A stretch of DNA of 45,193 bases from Hydrogenovibrio sp. UBA650 (GCA_002299245.1 DBOI01000113.1:1283-46475), one strand, 5' to 3'. Shown: positions 1-9,908, counted from the stretch's first letter. A program made the numbers and translations. Notes: generated by a model not told the origin, from the sequence alone.

Positions 1-2
1 TG

Positions 3-743
3 ACTAGTTTTGCAGAAGACGAAAACAAATCTGCAATGCAGAATCTTTCTGCTGAAGTCCTTGAAAAAATGCAATTGGCGATGCAACCAGAGGTTGAGCA
101 ACAGGCTGAATTAATTAAAAAAGAGGCCTATGAAAAAGCATTTCAACAGGGCTATGATGAGGGCCTGGAAAAAGGTCTAAATGAAGGTAAGACTTCTGGC
201 GAGGCTGAAGCCAGAGCGCAAATCCAAACCGCCCTAGAGCCGAAGCTTGAGCAATTTGACGCGGTTTTACAGTCCTTAAAAAAACCCTATGAATTAATTG
301 AAAGTAAGCTCTACTCAGAGTTGGTCGAGCTTGCCGTGCATGTTGCTGAAACGGTTGTCTCCAAAAGTATTGCTGAAAATCGCGAATGGATAATCGAATC
401 CGTTAATAAAGCGGTTGCAAAACTTCCCGATTCTGAGAGTGATATTTCTGTTTTTCTCAACCCAGAAGATTTGGCGTTTATTCAAATATCTAAACCCAAT
501 AGTTTTGAGAAGTGGAAGCTTAATGAAAATGCCAATATACCGGTCGGCAGCTGCATTGTTAAACAGGATCACTCCTCGGTAATTAATGATTGGAAAGCAC
601 GTTTTACTGAGATCTCTGAGCAACTCATCGAAGAGGTTTCTGAAGTCCGTAATAATGAAGTTGTAGAAAGTTCAGGCATGACAGATAACGATATACGGAT
701 GCAAAAGTCTCAAGCCTCAGAGAAAAGCTCACAGGAAGGTTAA
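3..743 (+). CDS. fliH: Flagellar assembly protein FliH (5' end probably outside window)
   Basis: GxxxG repeats (AYEKAFQQGYDEGLEKGLNEGKTSG), LNPEDL and GSCIV motifs; directly upstream of fliI. The frame is open from base 3 to the ATG at 36. Confidence 0.93.
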   Translation, partial: TSFAEDENKSAMQNLSAEVLEKMQLAMQPEVEQQAELIKKEAYEKAFQQGYDEGLEKGLNEGKTSGEAEARAQIQTALEPKLEQFDAVLQSLKKPYELIESKLYSELVELAVHVAETVVSKSIAENREWIIESVNKAVAKLPDSESDISVFLNPEDLAFIQISKPNSFEKWKLNENANIPVGSCIVKQDHSSVINDWKARFTEISEQLIEEVSEVRNNEVVESSGMTDNDIRMQKSQASEKSSQEG

Positions 744-745
744 TA

Positions 746-2089
746 ATGAATCTGACAGAGGCGCTCAATCATAACCTTTCAACCAAATTGCAGGATCTGC
801 AACACTCAACAGTTCGGCCGCAAAGTTTAAAATTGACAGGCCGCTTGGTACGAATGGTGGGAATGACTCTTGAGGTAGTTGGAACTTTTGCTCCTATAGG
901 TTCGCGCTGCCAGATAATGCGTGATGAGTTAGAACCAATCGAAGCTGAAGTTGTTGGTTTTCACGATGGTCGTCTGTTTCTGATGCCTATCGGTGAGACC
1001 CATGGATTGTCGCCAAATGCTGAGGTAATTCCTTTAGAGGGCGGTATTAAAGTTGGTGTCAGTGAAGCTATGCTGGGCAGAGTTGTCAACGGTTCGGGTG
1101 AACCGCTGGATGGCCTGGGTCCAATCGAGAATTCGGATAGAGTTTCTCTTTCCGGAGAGCGTATAAATCCCCTGAATCGTGATCCTATTTCTGAACCACT
1201 TGATGTTGGAATCAAAGCAATCAATGGCCTGTTAACTTTAGGCAAAGGCCAGCGTATTGGTTTGATGGCGGGGACAGGGGTTGGTAAAAGTGTGCTATTG
1301 GGCATGATGACTCGTTACACTGATGCCGATATTGTGGTGGTTGGTTTAGTTGGTGAACGAGGCCGTGAGGTTAATGAATTTGTTCGGCATAACCTTGGTG
1401 ATGAAGGGATGAAGCGTGCGGTGGTTGTCGCAACCCCTGCTGATGATCCTCCCTTAATGCGACTCCATGGTGCCATGATGGCTACTTCAGTAGCAGAGTA
1501 TTTCCGGAATAAAGGAAAAAATGTCTTATTGTTAATGGATTCCTTGACTCGATTCGCTCAAGCTCAGAGAGAGATAGCCCTCGCTGTTGGTGAGCCTCCG
1601 GCGAGCAAAGGTTATCCGCCATCAGTTTTTGCTAAGTTGCCACAACTGGTAGAGCGCGCAGGTAATGGAAAATTTGGTAAAGGTTCGATTACCGCGATTT
1701 ATACGGTGCTTGCAGAAGGTGATGACCAGACAGACCCGATTGTAGATTCGGCTCGTGGTGTCTTGGACGGACATATTCTTCTCTCAAGAGAAATTGCTGA
1801 TGGCGGGCGATATCCGGCGATTGATATAGAGTCATCAATCAGTCGAGTTATGGTAGAAATTGTTCCTAAGGAGCAGTTGGAAATGGCCAAACAGTTCAAA
1901 AAACTCTATTCAACATATCAACAGAATCATGATCTTATAAGTGTAGGTGCCTACCGACATGGGGCGGATCCGGAAATTGATGAAGCCATTGCTAAACATG
2001 CCAGTCTCGAAGGTTTTCTAGGGCAAGATATTCAGCACCATTTCTCTGTTGACCAGTCTTTACAGGCCTTGGCAAACAGCCTAAGCTGA
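746..2089 (+). CDS. fliI: Flagellar export ATPase FliI
   Basis: Walker A GTGVGKS, GLVGERGREV, LLLMDSLTRFAQAQREI, GEPPASKGYPPS. Confidence 0.98.
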   Translation: MNLTEALNHNLSTKLQDLQHSTVRPQSLKLTGRLVRMVGMTLEVVGTFAPIGSRCQIMRDELEPIEAEVVGFHDGRLFLMPIGETHGLSPNAEVIPLEGGIKVGVSEAMLGRVVNGSGEPLDGLGPIENSDRVSLSGERINPLNRDPISEPLDVGIKAINGLLTLGKGQRIGLMAGTGVGKSVLLGMMTRYTDADIVVVGLVGERGREVNEFVRHNLGDEGMKRAVVVATPADDPPLMRLHGAMMATSVAEYFRNKGKNVLLLMDSLTRFAQAQREIALAVGEPPASKGYPPSVFAKLPQLVERAGNGKFGKGSITAIYTVLAEGDDQTDPIVDSARGVLDGHILLSREIADGGRYPAIDIESSISRVMVEIVPKEQLEMAKQFKKLYSTYQQNHDLISVGAYRHGADPEIDEAIAKHASLEGFLGQDIQHHFSVDQSLQALANSLS

Positions 2090-2112
2090 TCTCATCGTTG
2101 GCAATTCAAATC

Positions 2113-2553
2113 ATGAATAGCAGAATTCAAAGGATTAACAAAATTATTCAGCTTGCCGAATCTGAAATGGATCAAGCCGCCAAGACAATGATCTATTTGC
2201 GTAACAAGCTGCAATCTGAAGATCAACAATTACAGTCATTGACCGAATATCTAGATGAATATGCTGCCAGTTTTTCAAATTCAGGTAGTTTTAGTTCGAT
2301 GCAACTAATCTCAAAAAACGCTTTTTCAGACAAGCTTATTCAAGCGATTGCCGTGCAAAAAAAACAGGTAGAAGAGTCCGAAAAAATGGCTGAATTAGCC
2401 GAGCAGGAATGGAATCAAAAACGTATCAGGTTAAAAGCACTTCAAGCCTTGCTTCAACGTTTACGAAAACAGCACCAGATCCGGCTAACTAAACAGGAGC
2501 AGCGCTTGTTAGATGAGTTATCTGCACATAAATACTCTATTAAAAACTCATAA
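2113..2553 (+). CDS. fliJ: Flagellar export protein FliJ
   Basis: About 146-aa coiled coil ending KQEQRLLDE, between fliI and fliK. ATG at 2113 preferred over TTG at 2098. Confidence 0.88.
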   Translation: MNSRIQRINKIIQLAESEMDQAAKTMIYLRNKLQSEDQQLQSLTEYLDEYAASFSNSGSFSSMQLISKNAFSDKLIQAIAVQKKQVEESEKMAELAEQEWNQKRIRLKALQALLQRLRKQHQIRLTKQEQRLLDELSAHKYSIKNS

Positions 2554-2588
2554 ATTTTTATTTATCACCTCAGGACTTGTAATCTTCT

Positions 2589-2604
2589 AGGCACGCATAT
2601 TGCT
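2589..2604 (+). promoter_or_regulatory. sigma54 (-24/-12) promoter upstream of fliK
   Basis: AGGCACGCATATTGCT, exact GG-N10-GC spacing, close to consensus TGGCACG-N4-TTGCW. Confidence 0.8.
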
Positions 2605-2628
2605 AAACACTCACTGTCATAATAATAA

Positions 2629-4452
2629 ATGAGAGTGGATATGCTAACAGCGCACAAAATATCAAGCCAATTACCTTTGGAACTTGGAATTGCCGTTGGA
2701 GAAGGGCAAGCTTTGCCGGAAGGTGCTTCTTTCGCTGATATTTTTTCCACTATAGAGTTGCAAACAGCCTTTGAGAGTAGAGCTGTTGATAAGCAGACAG
2801 ATGCTGAGAACCTCAATTCTTCAGATACTAATGGTGTTCTTGCCAGTTTGTTCGAGCTTGGCAAAACTATTCAGGCTGGAGACATAAAACCAGCAGAATT
2901 AAGACAGCTGCTACCAGCTGAGTTTACTCAACTGTCTGATGTTGAAATTGATAAGTTTAAGCAAGCTTTCTTGAAGCAAGTAGAGGCATTTGGTGTTCCT
3001 GGATCGGTTCAAGAAAACCAGAATAATCTGTCTTCCCAGAAAATTTTAGGTTCTGATGCTTTGAAACTACGAGATATTCTAGATAGTATCAAGCAAGACC
3101 CTCAATTTGCAGCCTCAAAAGAATATGATGGTGTTGTAAGGTCGATTGATCAGTTTTTAGTTAGAAATGATCTCAGTGATATTAGCTCTGACCGTCTTGA
3201 AACACTATCCCTTCATTTAAATATCGAGCCAAACCAGCCTGAAAGTGAGTTTGAACTAGTGTCGACACAAGCAAAATCCGCCATTGATGATTTTGATGAA
3301 ATTCAAAACAATAACCTTGAATTTATTAACCATAATGTAGGTTCGCTTGTGACTACTAACGATAGAGTTATTGCGAAAACAGAAAATAGTATTTCTAGAA
3401 ACGAAGAGAGTGCTGGATTAGATGTCACCAAGGGCATTGTTGAAACATATGATGATATCTCAACTGAGCTGGAGGCTATTAATCCAGTTGAAATAAAAAC
3501 TACCGAATTGGCAGATGATCTTAAGACGACCATAAAAGATGTTGCTGCAGTGAACGATGACGCAGAAGAGTATATCAGCACAGTGCTTCAAAGAGATTTT
3601 ATTAACCAAGAACAGTTGCAGCGTCAAAATACTGCTGGCAATGATGTTGTCACTGCAACTATGCAACCTCATGCTCCGGCAGTTGCAGCTTCGATTGCGC
3701 AGGCAAACTCGCAATCTAGTCCTGCGAGTCAGAATGCCGTTCAGACAGTATGGTCATCTGCAAATAGTGATGGTCCAGAAGGGATGACACAGTCCGGTCA
3801 ATTTTCACAATCATTTTCTCAAAACTCTAATTCATCTTCATTGCCAAATATGCAGGCTCAAGCTGCTGTTTTACAGGAACAGCGCAAGCTTTCAATCGAT
3901 CAGCAAGCGAGTTTGAAAGAAGCTGAAATGCAGATTTTGAAAGCGGATAAAAAAGATGCTGCACTTTCCGCAGAATTTAGCTCAAGTGAGCGAAGAGCTT
4001 TGTTACCTTTAGGGTTGCAAACTATCCAGATACCTGTCAAAAGTCCACAGTGGGGTCAGGCTCTTGGTCAGCGTGTTGTCTATATGGCCAACAACAGGAT
4101 GCAGCAGGCTCAGATTACTCTTAATCCAGAAAAATTAGGTCCGATCCAAATAAAATTGCAAATTGATCGTGATCAGCAGGTTCATGTGAGTATGACCGCT
4201 CACAATGGAGCAACTCGAGAAGCTATGGAATTAGCATTACCAAGGTTGAAAGAGATGCTTGAGCAATCTGGTATGAATTTGAGTTCTGTAGATGTCAATG
4301 ATCAAACTCAATATTCGCAACAACAGGATTCGCAACAAGATGAAAATACTACAGCCAATTCTCAATCGGGAGGTGTTGTTGAATCCTCTGAAGAACAAAC
4401 CTCAGCGTCAATTGTTTCTGCAACTGACAATATCATCGACTATTACGCCTAG
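2629..4452 (+). CDS. fliK: Flagellar hook-length control protein FliK (607 aa; start may be ATG 2641)
   Basis: C-terminal T3S4 domain (WGQALGQRV...AQITLNPEKLGPIQI...ALPRLKEMLEQSG), Q-rich tail, ends IDYYA; long low-complexity N-terminus. Confidence 0.93.
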   Translation: MRVDMLTAHKISSQLPLELGIAVGEGQALPEGASFADIFSTIELQTAFESRAVDKQTDAENLNSSDTNGVLASLFELGKTIQAGDIKPAELRQLLPAEFTQLSDVEIDKFKQAFLKQVEAFGVPGSVQENQNNLSSQKILGSDALKLRDILDSIKQDPQFAASKEYDGVVRSIDQFLVRNDLSDISSDRLETLSLHLNIEPNQPESEFELVSTQAKSAIDDFDEIQNNNLEFINHNVGSLVTTNDRVIAKTENSISRNEESAGLDVTKGIVETYDDISTELEAINPVEIKTTELADDLKTTIKDVAAVNDDAEEYISTVLQRDFINQEQLQRQNTAGNDVVTATMQPHAPAVAASIAQANSQSSPASQNAVQTVWSSANSDGPEGMTQSGQFSQSFSQNSNSSSLPNMQAQAAVLQEQRKLSIDQQASLKEAEMQILKADKKDAALSAEFSSSERRALLPLGLQTIQIPVKSPQWGQALGQRVVYMANNRMQQAQITLNPEKLGPIQIKLQIDRDQQVHVSMTAHNGATREAMELALPRLKEMLEQSGMNLSSVDVNDQTQYSQQQDSQQDENTTANSQSGGVVESSEEQTSASIVSATDNIIDYYA

Positions 4453-4461
4453 GAGAAAAAA

Positions 4462-5472
4462 ATGAAATTTGTTTATAGCGTATTTCCTTTGCTGGTATTA
4501 TCCTCTGGCAACGCTTATGCAAGCTCTAGTCTGATGGGAATGCCGACTCCGCTCGCGCTATTTATCGTTGTGTTGCTCACTGCAGCAGTGGTAGGTACTC
4601 TGGTCTATTTTTTTGTTTGTACCAGATCTGCTCAAGCTCAAGATTCAACAGAGTTATTGAGTGAGATCAATAGAGTTGTTGCTGGACAGGACTTGGCAAC
4701 TAAGGTTAATAGTCCCAATTCCGATCCGATGCTCATAAACGGGATTAACTCTCTTCTGGAAGAGGCCTCAAATCAGGTTACTAAAGAGATGATCGGGAAA
4801 TCGACAGCAGAAGCTAGAGCGGTTGAACTTGAAGAGCAGATGGAAGAGTTAAACCAGACTTTGGCTGCCTGCTATGAACAACAGGCGTCGGCACCTGCTC
4901 AGATGCCAATGGCTTCTGAAAGCAGTTTTGACAAGTCAGAACTGGTTGAATTGTCGCAACAGTTGGCGATCAAGTTATCTGAACTGAGTTCAGGGTCGGA
5001 GAATGGTATTAATTCTGCGAGCTCAGTTATCTCTGAAGTTAGTGGATTAACTGATGAGGTCATTCACGCGTCTGGAGTTATCAAGAAGCTTGAAGAAGAT
5101 AGTAGTAATATCGGGACTGTTTTGGTTTTAATTCGCGACATTGCTGAACAAACTAACTTGCTGGCATTGAATGCGGCGATTGAAGCTGCACGTGCTGGAG
5201 AGCATGGTCGCGGGTTTGCAGTTGTAGCGGATGAGGTCAGAATTCTGGCCGGAAAAACTCAACAGGCAACTACTGAAATTCAATCGATTATTGAAGAGTT
5301 ACAGCAACGTGCTCGTAACGCTGTTCAAGTAATGCAGAGTGGACAAGAAAGGGCCGGATCTACCCAGGAGCAAGCAAGCAGAGTGAATGATGTCTTTAAT
5401 GCTATTGTAAATAACTTAGCTGAGTTAAAATCTGCGCAACAAGCTTTGGCTGAAGTGATTCAAAAAACATAA
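4462..5472 (+). CDS. Short methyl-accepting chemotaxis protein without an evident ligand-binding domain
   Basis: Canonical hairpin tip [34 protein letters not shown]; N-terminal signal-like segment plus one TM helix; AGGAG SD overlapping the fliK stop. Confidence 0.9.
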   Translation: MKFVYSVFPLLVLSSGNAYASSSLMGMPTPLALFIVVLLTAAVVGTLVYFFVCTRSAQAQDSTELLSEINRVVAGQDLATKVNSPNSDPMLINGINSLLEEASNQVTKEMIGKSTAEARAVELEEQMEELNQTLAACYEQQASAPAQMPMASESSFDKSELVELSQQLAIKLSELSSGSENGINSASSVISEVSGLTDEVIHASGVIKKLEEDSSNIGTVLVLIRDIAEQTNLLALNAAIEAARAGEHGRGFAVVADEVRILAGKTQQATTEIQSIIEELQQRARNAVQVMQSGQERAGSTQEQASRVNDVFNAIVNNLAELKSAQQALAEVIQKT

Positions 5473-5500
5473 AAAAATCGTCGAAATAGGTGAAAGATAG

Positions 5501-6352
5501 ATGAAGGCAATTGCAGGTACATTAATTGTAATTGGTACCTTACTTGGGGGCTATTTACCCCATGGTAGTTTTGGTATCCTGATCCAGCCACTCGAGGTGG
5601 TTATTATCTGTGGTGGTGCTTTAGGGGCTTATATTATTGCTAACCCTGGCTGGGTTATCAAAGCAGGTTTTTCTGGTGGTTTGGGTCTAGCAAAGCCTCA
5701 TCATGTAAATAAAGAACTTTATATGGAGATGCTTGGTCTTTTCTTTCAAATTTTCAACAAAGCTCGCCGTGAAGGTTTGATGTCAATTGAAGCTGATGTA
5801 GAAGACCCGCACGCCAGTGAACTTTTTAACAGTGCTCCTCTGGTTGCTGCTGATCACCATGTAATCGACTTTATTTGTGACTATCTACGCTTAATGATCA
5901 GTGGTGCCAGCAATCCCTACCAGCTGGAAGATATTATGATTCTTGAAATCGACTCTCACCACCATGAAGCGATGATGCCAAGTGCGGCGGTAGGAAAGGT
6001 GGCTGAAGCATTGCCAGCATTCGGTATCGTTGCTGCGGTACTTGGGATTATCGTTACTATGAGTTACCTTGACGCTGGTCCTATGGAGATCGCTCACCAC
6101 ATGTCGGTTGCATTGGTTGGTACCTTTCTCGGTATCTTGGTTGCTTACGGCTTTATCGCGCCAATCAGTTCAGACCTTGGAAACCGAGCCGAAGCTGAAA
6201 GTGCTATGTTCAATGTAATGAAGACTTGTTTGATTGCCAATCTAAATGGTTATGCACCTCAGGTTGCGGTAGAGTTTGGTCGTAAAGCCATTCCTAGTCA
6301 AGAGCGTCCTTCATTTACTGAAGTTGATGAATTCTTACAAAGTCAAAAATAG
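5501..6352 (+). CDS. motA: Flagellar stator protein MotA
   Basis: ARREGLMSIE, PAFGIVAAVLG, ALVGTFLGIL, AVEFGRK: E. coli MotA/LafT-type motifs. Confidence 0.96.
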   Translation: MKAIAGTLIVIGTLLGGYLPHGSFGILIQPLEVVIICGGALGAYIIANPGWVIKAGFSGGLGLAKPHHVNKELYMEMLGLFFQIFNKARREGLMSIEADVEDPHASELFNSAPLVAADHHVIDFICDYLRLMISGASNPYQLEDIMILEIDSHHHEAMMPSAAVGKVAEALPAFGIVAAVLGIIVTMSYLDAGPMEIAHHMSVALVGTFLGILVAYGFIAPISSDLGNRAEAESAMFNVMKTCLIANLNGYAPQVAVEFGRKAIPSQERPSFTEVDEFLQSQK

Positions 6353-6372
6353 TTAGCGACTGGAAGTGAGCT

Positions 6373-7254
6373 ATGAGTGACGAACAATCCATAATAATCA
6401 AACGCCTCAATAAGTGCCCGCACGTGGCACACGGTGGGGCCTGGAAGATTGCTTTTGCCGACTTTATGACCGCAACGGCGGCTTTCTTCCTGATGTTGTG
6501 GGTATTGGGTGGAACCAACGATGAAGAGATGAAAGCAATGGCTGAGTTCTTCAGAGATCCAACAGTGATAGAGTCTTCACCGATGTCTTTGGTTGAATCC
6601 AAAGAGGCTGGTCGTACTTCTGATGCCATGATCGATATGGGCGGTTTTAAGGATTCGCCGAAAGGTGAAGAGGGTGATGAAGATGGCTCTGGTAAAGCTC
6701 AGGAACAGGCTCAGCTTCAAATGATGAAAGCTCAGCTTGAGCAAAAAGTCGCTGAAAGTGAATCTTTGAGTCAGTTAAAAGATCAGCTTAAAATTGATGT
6801 CACACCAAATGGGCTTCAGGTTCAGATTCTTGATGACCGAAAAAAACCGATGTTTGGAGCCGGCGTTGACCTACCTAGAGATTATGCTTCAAAGTTGATT
6901 AAAGAAGTGGGCAAGGTGTTAGCCTTGACCTCCAATAAAATTAGTATTGCCGGGCACACCGATTCTTCGGGGTATCACGATAGTGCAGAATATACCAACT
7001 GGGAACTATCTGCAGATCGTGCTAATGCGGCAAGAAGGTTACTGTTGCAAGGCGGCGTTGATAGCGGCCGAATAGCTCAAGCCGTTGGAATGGCTGATAC
7101 TGTGCCGTTTGATAAAGAAAACCCTTATAATCCTAGAAATAGACGTATTAGTATTATCGTTTTAACTAAAGATGCAGAAGATCGCTTAAGAAGTCTAAGT
7201 GATGCGCCTGAGGTTGAAGATTTAACTAAACAACTACAACTTTCTAATCAATAG
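6373..7254 (+). CDS. motB: Flagellar stator protein MotB
   Basis: HGGAWKIAFADFMTA with the essential Asp; OmpA-like domain GHTD...NWELSADRA...NRRI. Confidence 0.96.
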   Translation: MSDEQSIIIKRLNKCPHVAHGGAWKIAFADFMTATAAFFLMLWVLGGTNDEEMKAMAEFFRDPTVIESSPMSLVESKEAGRTSDAMIDMGGFKDSPKGEEGDEDGSGKAQEQAQLQMMKAQLEQKVAESESLSQLKDQLKIDVTPNGLQVQILDDRKKPMFGAGVDLPRDYASKLIKEVGKVLALTSNKISIAGHTDSSGYHDSAEYTNWELSADRANAARRLLLQGGVDSGRIAQAVGMADTVPFDKENPYNPRNRRISIIVLTKDAEDRLRSLSDAPEVEDLTKQLQLSNQ

Positions 7255-7277
7255 ATTAGTGACCAAGGAAAATAGAG

Positions 7278-7883
7278 ATGGCTGAAGAAGAAGTTCAAGA
7301 AGAACCAAAAAAAAGTGGTGGTAAGGGTCTGATTATTGTCTTGCTGGTAATCGTGATTCTGCTTTTAATAGGTGTCGGTGCACTTGCGTTTTTGCTTTTG
7401 ACAGGTGATAAAGAGGCGGATTCTAGTGCTAGTGATACCGAAGTTCATGGCTCGGCTGAACATGGTGATGGTTCTGAAGTCCCGGCGTCAGAGTTTAGTC
7501 ATGCAAAAGAGTATTCACCAAAATATAAACAGTTTGAACCGCCTCCTCCTGAAACACCACCTATGTATTTCACAATGGACAAGTTTGTGGTCAATTTTAA
7601 TGGAGATGGGCAAGCCAAGTTCCTGGCGGTAGATCTGAAGTTCCTATCTTATTATCCGCAGGTAGTAGGGGATACTGGAGAGATGGAGAATCTGCGCCCA
7701 ATTCTAAAAAATGATATTGAGCGTTTGCTTAGAAATCAGCACTACAATGAGTTAATCAAGTTAGACGGCCCGGATAAGTTGCGTGCAGAAATTCTAGATG
7801 TGGCTCGTAAGGTGCTTGAGAAGCATAAGATATATCCAGATTTATTGGAAGATGTTTACATGACTCGATTCGTTATGCAGTAA
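7278..7883 (+). CDS. fliL: Flagellar basal body-associated protein FliL
   Basis: KKSGGK followed by a TM helix, FVVN motif, C-terminal DVYMTRFVMQ; directly before fliM. Confidence 0.92.
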   Translation: MAEEEVQEEPKKSGGKGLIIVLLVIVILLLIGVGALAFLLLTGDKEADSSASDTEVHGSAEHGDGSEVPASEFSHAKEYSPKYKQFEPPPPETPPMYFTMDKFVVNFNGDGQAKFLAVDLKFLSYYPQVVGDTGEMENLRPILKNDIERLLRNQHYNELIKLDGPDKLRAEILDVARKVLEKHKIYPDLLEDVYMTRFVMQ

Positions 7884-7893
7884 GGCAGAAAGA

Positions 7894-8910
7894 ATGGATG
7901 ATATTTTAAGCCAAGATGAAGTCGATGCTCTGTTAAAAGGGATGGGCGGCGGAGAAATTGAAACAGAAGATGATGTTTCAGGGGCTCAGGCTGTCAAAGC
8001 TTATGACTTCACTAACCAAGAACGTATTGTTCGCGGGCGTTTACCGGCTTTAGATATTATCAATGAGCGTTTTGCTCGCGGCTTTCAACGCCACTTTAAC
8101 GAAATGATTATGGCTAGTGTTGAAGTCACCGCTGGTGAAGTAAAAATTATCAAAATGGTCGATTATCTGCGCAACCTGTTTGTGCCGACCAGTCTAAATA
8201 TTTATCGAATCAACCCTCTAAATGGGGTCTCGCTGTTTACGCTTGATTCGAAATTGATTTTCACGGCTGTCGATATCTATTTTGGTGGAACCGGGCTTTT
8301 GCCATTTAAAATTGAAGGCCGTGAATATACCCCGGTTGAAATGAGTATGGTGCGTAGTATTTTGGATATCTCTTCTGATAATCTGCGCAAGGCCTGGGGG
8401 CCGGTAATGGATATTGAAATTGAGTATATGCACTCAGAGATGAATCCTAAGTTTGCCGGTATTGTCGATCCGACCGATATGATTGTTATCAGCCCTATAA
8501 GTGTGCGTTTTGAGGGCGTAGAGGGGCGAATCGATATTGTTATGCCTTACTCTATGCTTGAGCCTGTTCGAGACAAACTTGAAGAGGGTATGCAAAATCT
8601 TCAGGGTGAGAGTGATAACCGTTGGTCTCGTACTCTGAAAGAGGAAGCGAAAAACATTGAGATTGATCTGAGTGTTAATTTAGCAGAATTGAAAATGAGT
8701 GTTGATGACCTGTTGAAAATGGAAAAAGGCGACATTATTCCTTTGGAAATGCCGAAAAGCGTTACTGTCAGAGCTGAAAATATTGCCATTATGCGTGGTA
8801 AATTGGGTGAAAGTAACGATAAGAAAGCAGTTAAGGTTGAAAAAGTTTTACATCACCCCGCTTATCCAGAGCGAACAATAGAGAATGTTAAGGAGTGGTA
8901 TGATGAGTGA
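7894..8910 (+). CDS. fliM: Flagellar motor switch protein FliM
   Basis: N-terminal CheY-binding ILSQDEVDALL, YDF, RIVRGRLP, FGGTG; SpoA-type C-terminus. Confidence 0.97.
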   Translation: MDDILSQDEVDALLKGMGGGEIETEDDVSGAQAVKAYDFTNQERIVRGRLPALDIINERFARGFQRHFNEMIMASVEVTAGEVKIIKMVDYLRNLFVPTSLNIYRINPLNGVSLFTLDSKLIFTAVDIYFGGTGLLPFKIEGREYTPVEMSMVRSILDISSDNLRKAWGPVMDIEIEYMHSEMNPKFAGIVDPTDMIVISPISVRFEGVEGRIDIVMPYSMLEPVRDKLEEGMQNLQGESDNRWSRTLKEEAKNIEIDLSVNLAELKMSVDDLLKMEKGDIIPLEMPKSVTVRAENIAIMRGKLGESNDKKAVKVEKVLHHPAYPERTIENVKEWYDE

Positions 8911-9370
8911 TGAAGAAGATTTGAGCGCCTGGGATGAAGCCCTTGAAGAGCAAGGTGACTCAGAAGCCGAGGCTGGTGCTGAGGGTGAAGCGAGTGCTGC
9001 TGATGATTGGGGTGATGCCTTGGCAGACCAGGCTGCTACTATGGGGGCAGAAAATATTTCTGCAGCTGAGTTTGAAGGTTTGGCAAATGACTCAGGGCAA
9101 GGCAAAGACAAGGTTGATCTAGATGTACTTATGGATATCCCGGTTACCTTGCAATTGGAAATAGGGCGTGCAAAAGTGTCTATTCGCAACCTGCTTTCCT
9201 ACACCCAGGGCTCAGTGATTGAGATGGATCGCTTGGCAGGCGAACCTTTGGACTTACTTGTTAATGGTACCTTGATCGCCCATGGTGAGGTTGTAGTAAT
9301 TAATGATAAGTTCGGTGTGCGCTTAACAGATGTGGTGAGTCCACAAGAACGTATTAAAAAATTAAAGTAG
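8900..9370 (+). CDS. fliN: Flagellar motor switch protein FliN
   Basis: DIPVTLQLEIG, LAGEPLD, GEVVVINDKFGVRLT. AGGAG at 8891 supports ATG 8900/8903. Confidence 0.97.
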   Translation: MMSDEEDLSAWDEALEEQGDSEAEAGAEGEASAADDWGDALADQAATMGAENISAAEFEGLANDSGQGKDKVDLDVLMDIPVTLQLEIGRAKVSIRNLLSYTQGSVIEMDRLAGEPLDLLVNGTLIAHGEVVVINDKFGVRLTDVVSPQERIKKLK

Positions 9371-9375
9371 TTTAG

Positions 9376-9846
9376 ATGCTGGTTAATAGATTTCAACAGG
9401 CCTGGTTGTCAATAATTGTGATGCTGCAATCGGGGTGGGTTTTCGCTGTTGAAACCAGTACGCAGGCAGTGGTCTCGGAAACTGAAAAAGCGGCAATTGG
9501 AAATGCGGTTACTCAACCAAGTGATTATTTTGCACAAATTCTTATCTCTCTTGTATTAGTCTTACTCATCATCTTTGTATCGGCTTGGCTACTTAGACGA
9601 TATGGGCGTTTTCCTGGCGTAGCTGATGGAAACTTAAAAGTGTTGGGTGCCCTGTCTGTTGGTCAAAGAGAAAGAATTCTATTGTTGCAGGTTGGTAAGG
9701 AACAGGTGCTTGTTGGTGTTACATCAAGCCGTATCACAAGACTACATCAGCTTGAAGAACCAATTGAAGTCAAGCATAATGAGCTCGAAAAAAGTCAATT
9801 TTCTCAGCGACTTCAAGAGGCTTTTGATTCTAAAAAAGAGTCGTAA
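9376..9846 (+). CDS. fliO: Flagellar biosynthesis protein FliO
   Basis: TM helix followed by WLLRR, SVGQRERILLLQVG, VGVT; lies between fliN and fliP. Confidence 0.92.
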   Translation: MLVNRFQQAWLSIIVMLQSGWVFAVETSTQAVVSETEKAAIGNAVTQPSDYFAQILISLVLVLLIIFVSAWLLRRYGRFPGVADGNLKVLGALSVGQRERILLLQVGKEQVLVGVTSSRITRLHQLEEPIEVKHNELEKSQFSQRLQEAFDSKKES

Positions 9847-9908
9847 AAAATAATAAATCGCTATAAAGCGATATATGAATTAATCACAACAAAGTGAAAT
9901 AAGCACAA

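Noticed and set aside
5460-5487. Possible sigma28 promoter before motA (TCAA…GTCGAAAT)
   Set aside because: Spacer is 16 rather than 15 and both boxes match poorly.
9857-9872. Small hairpin ATCGCT-ATAA-AGCGAT between fliO and fliP
   Set aside because: Only a 6-bp stem and no U-tract on the coding strand.
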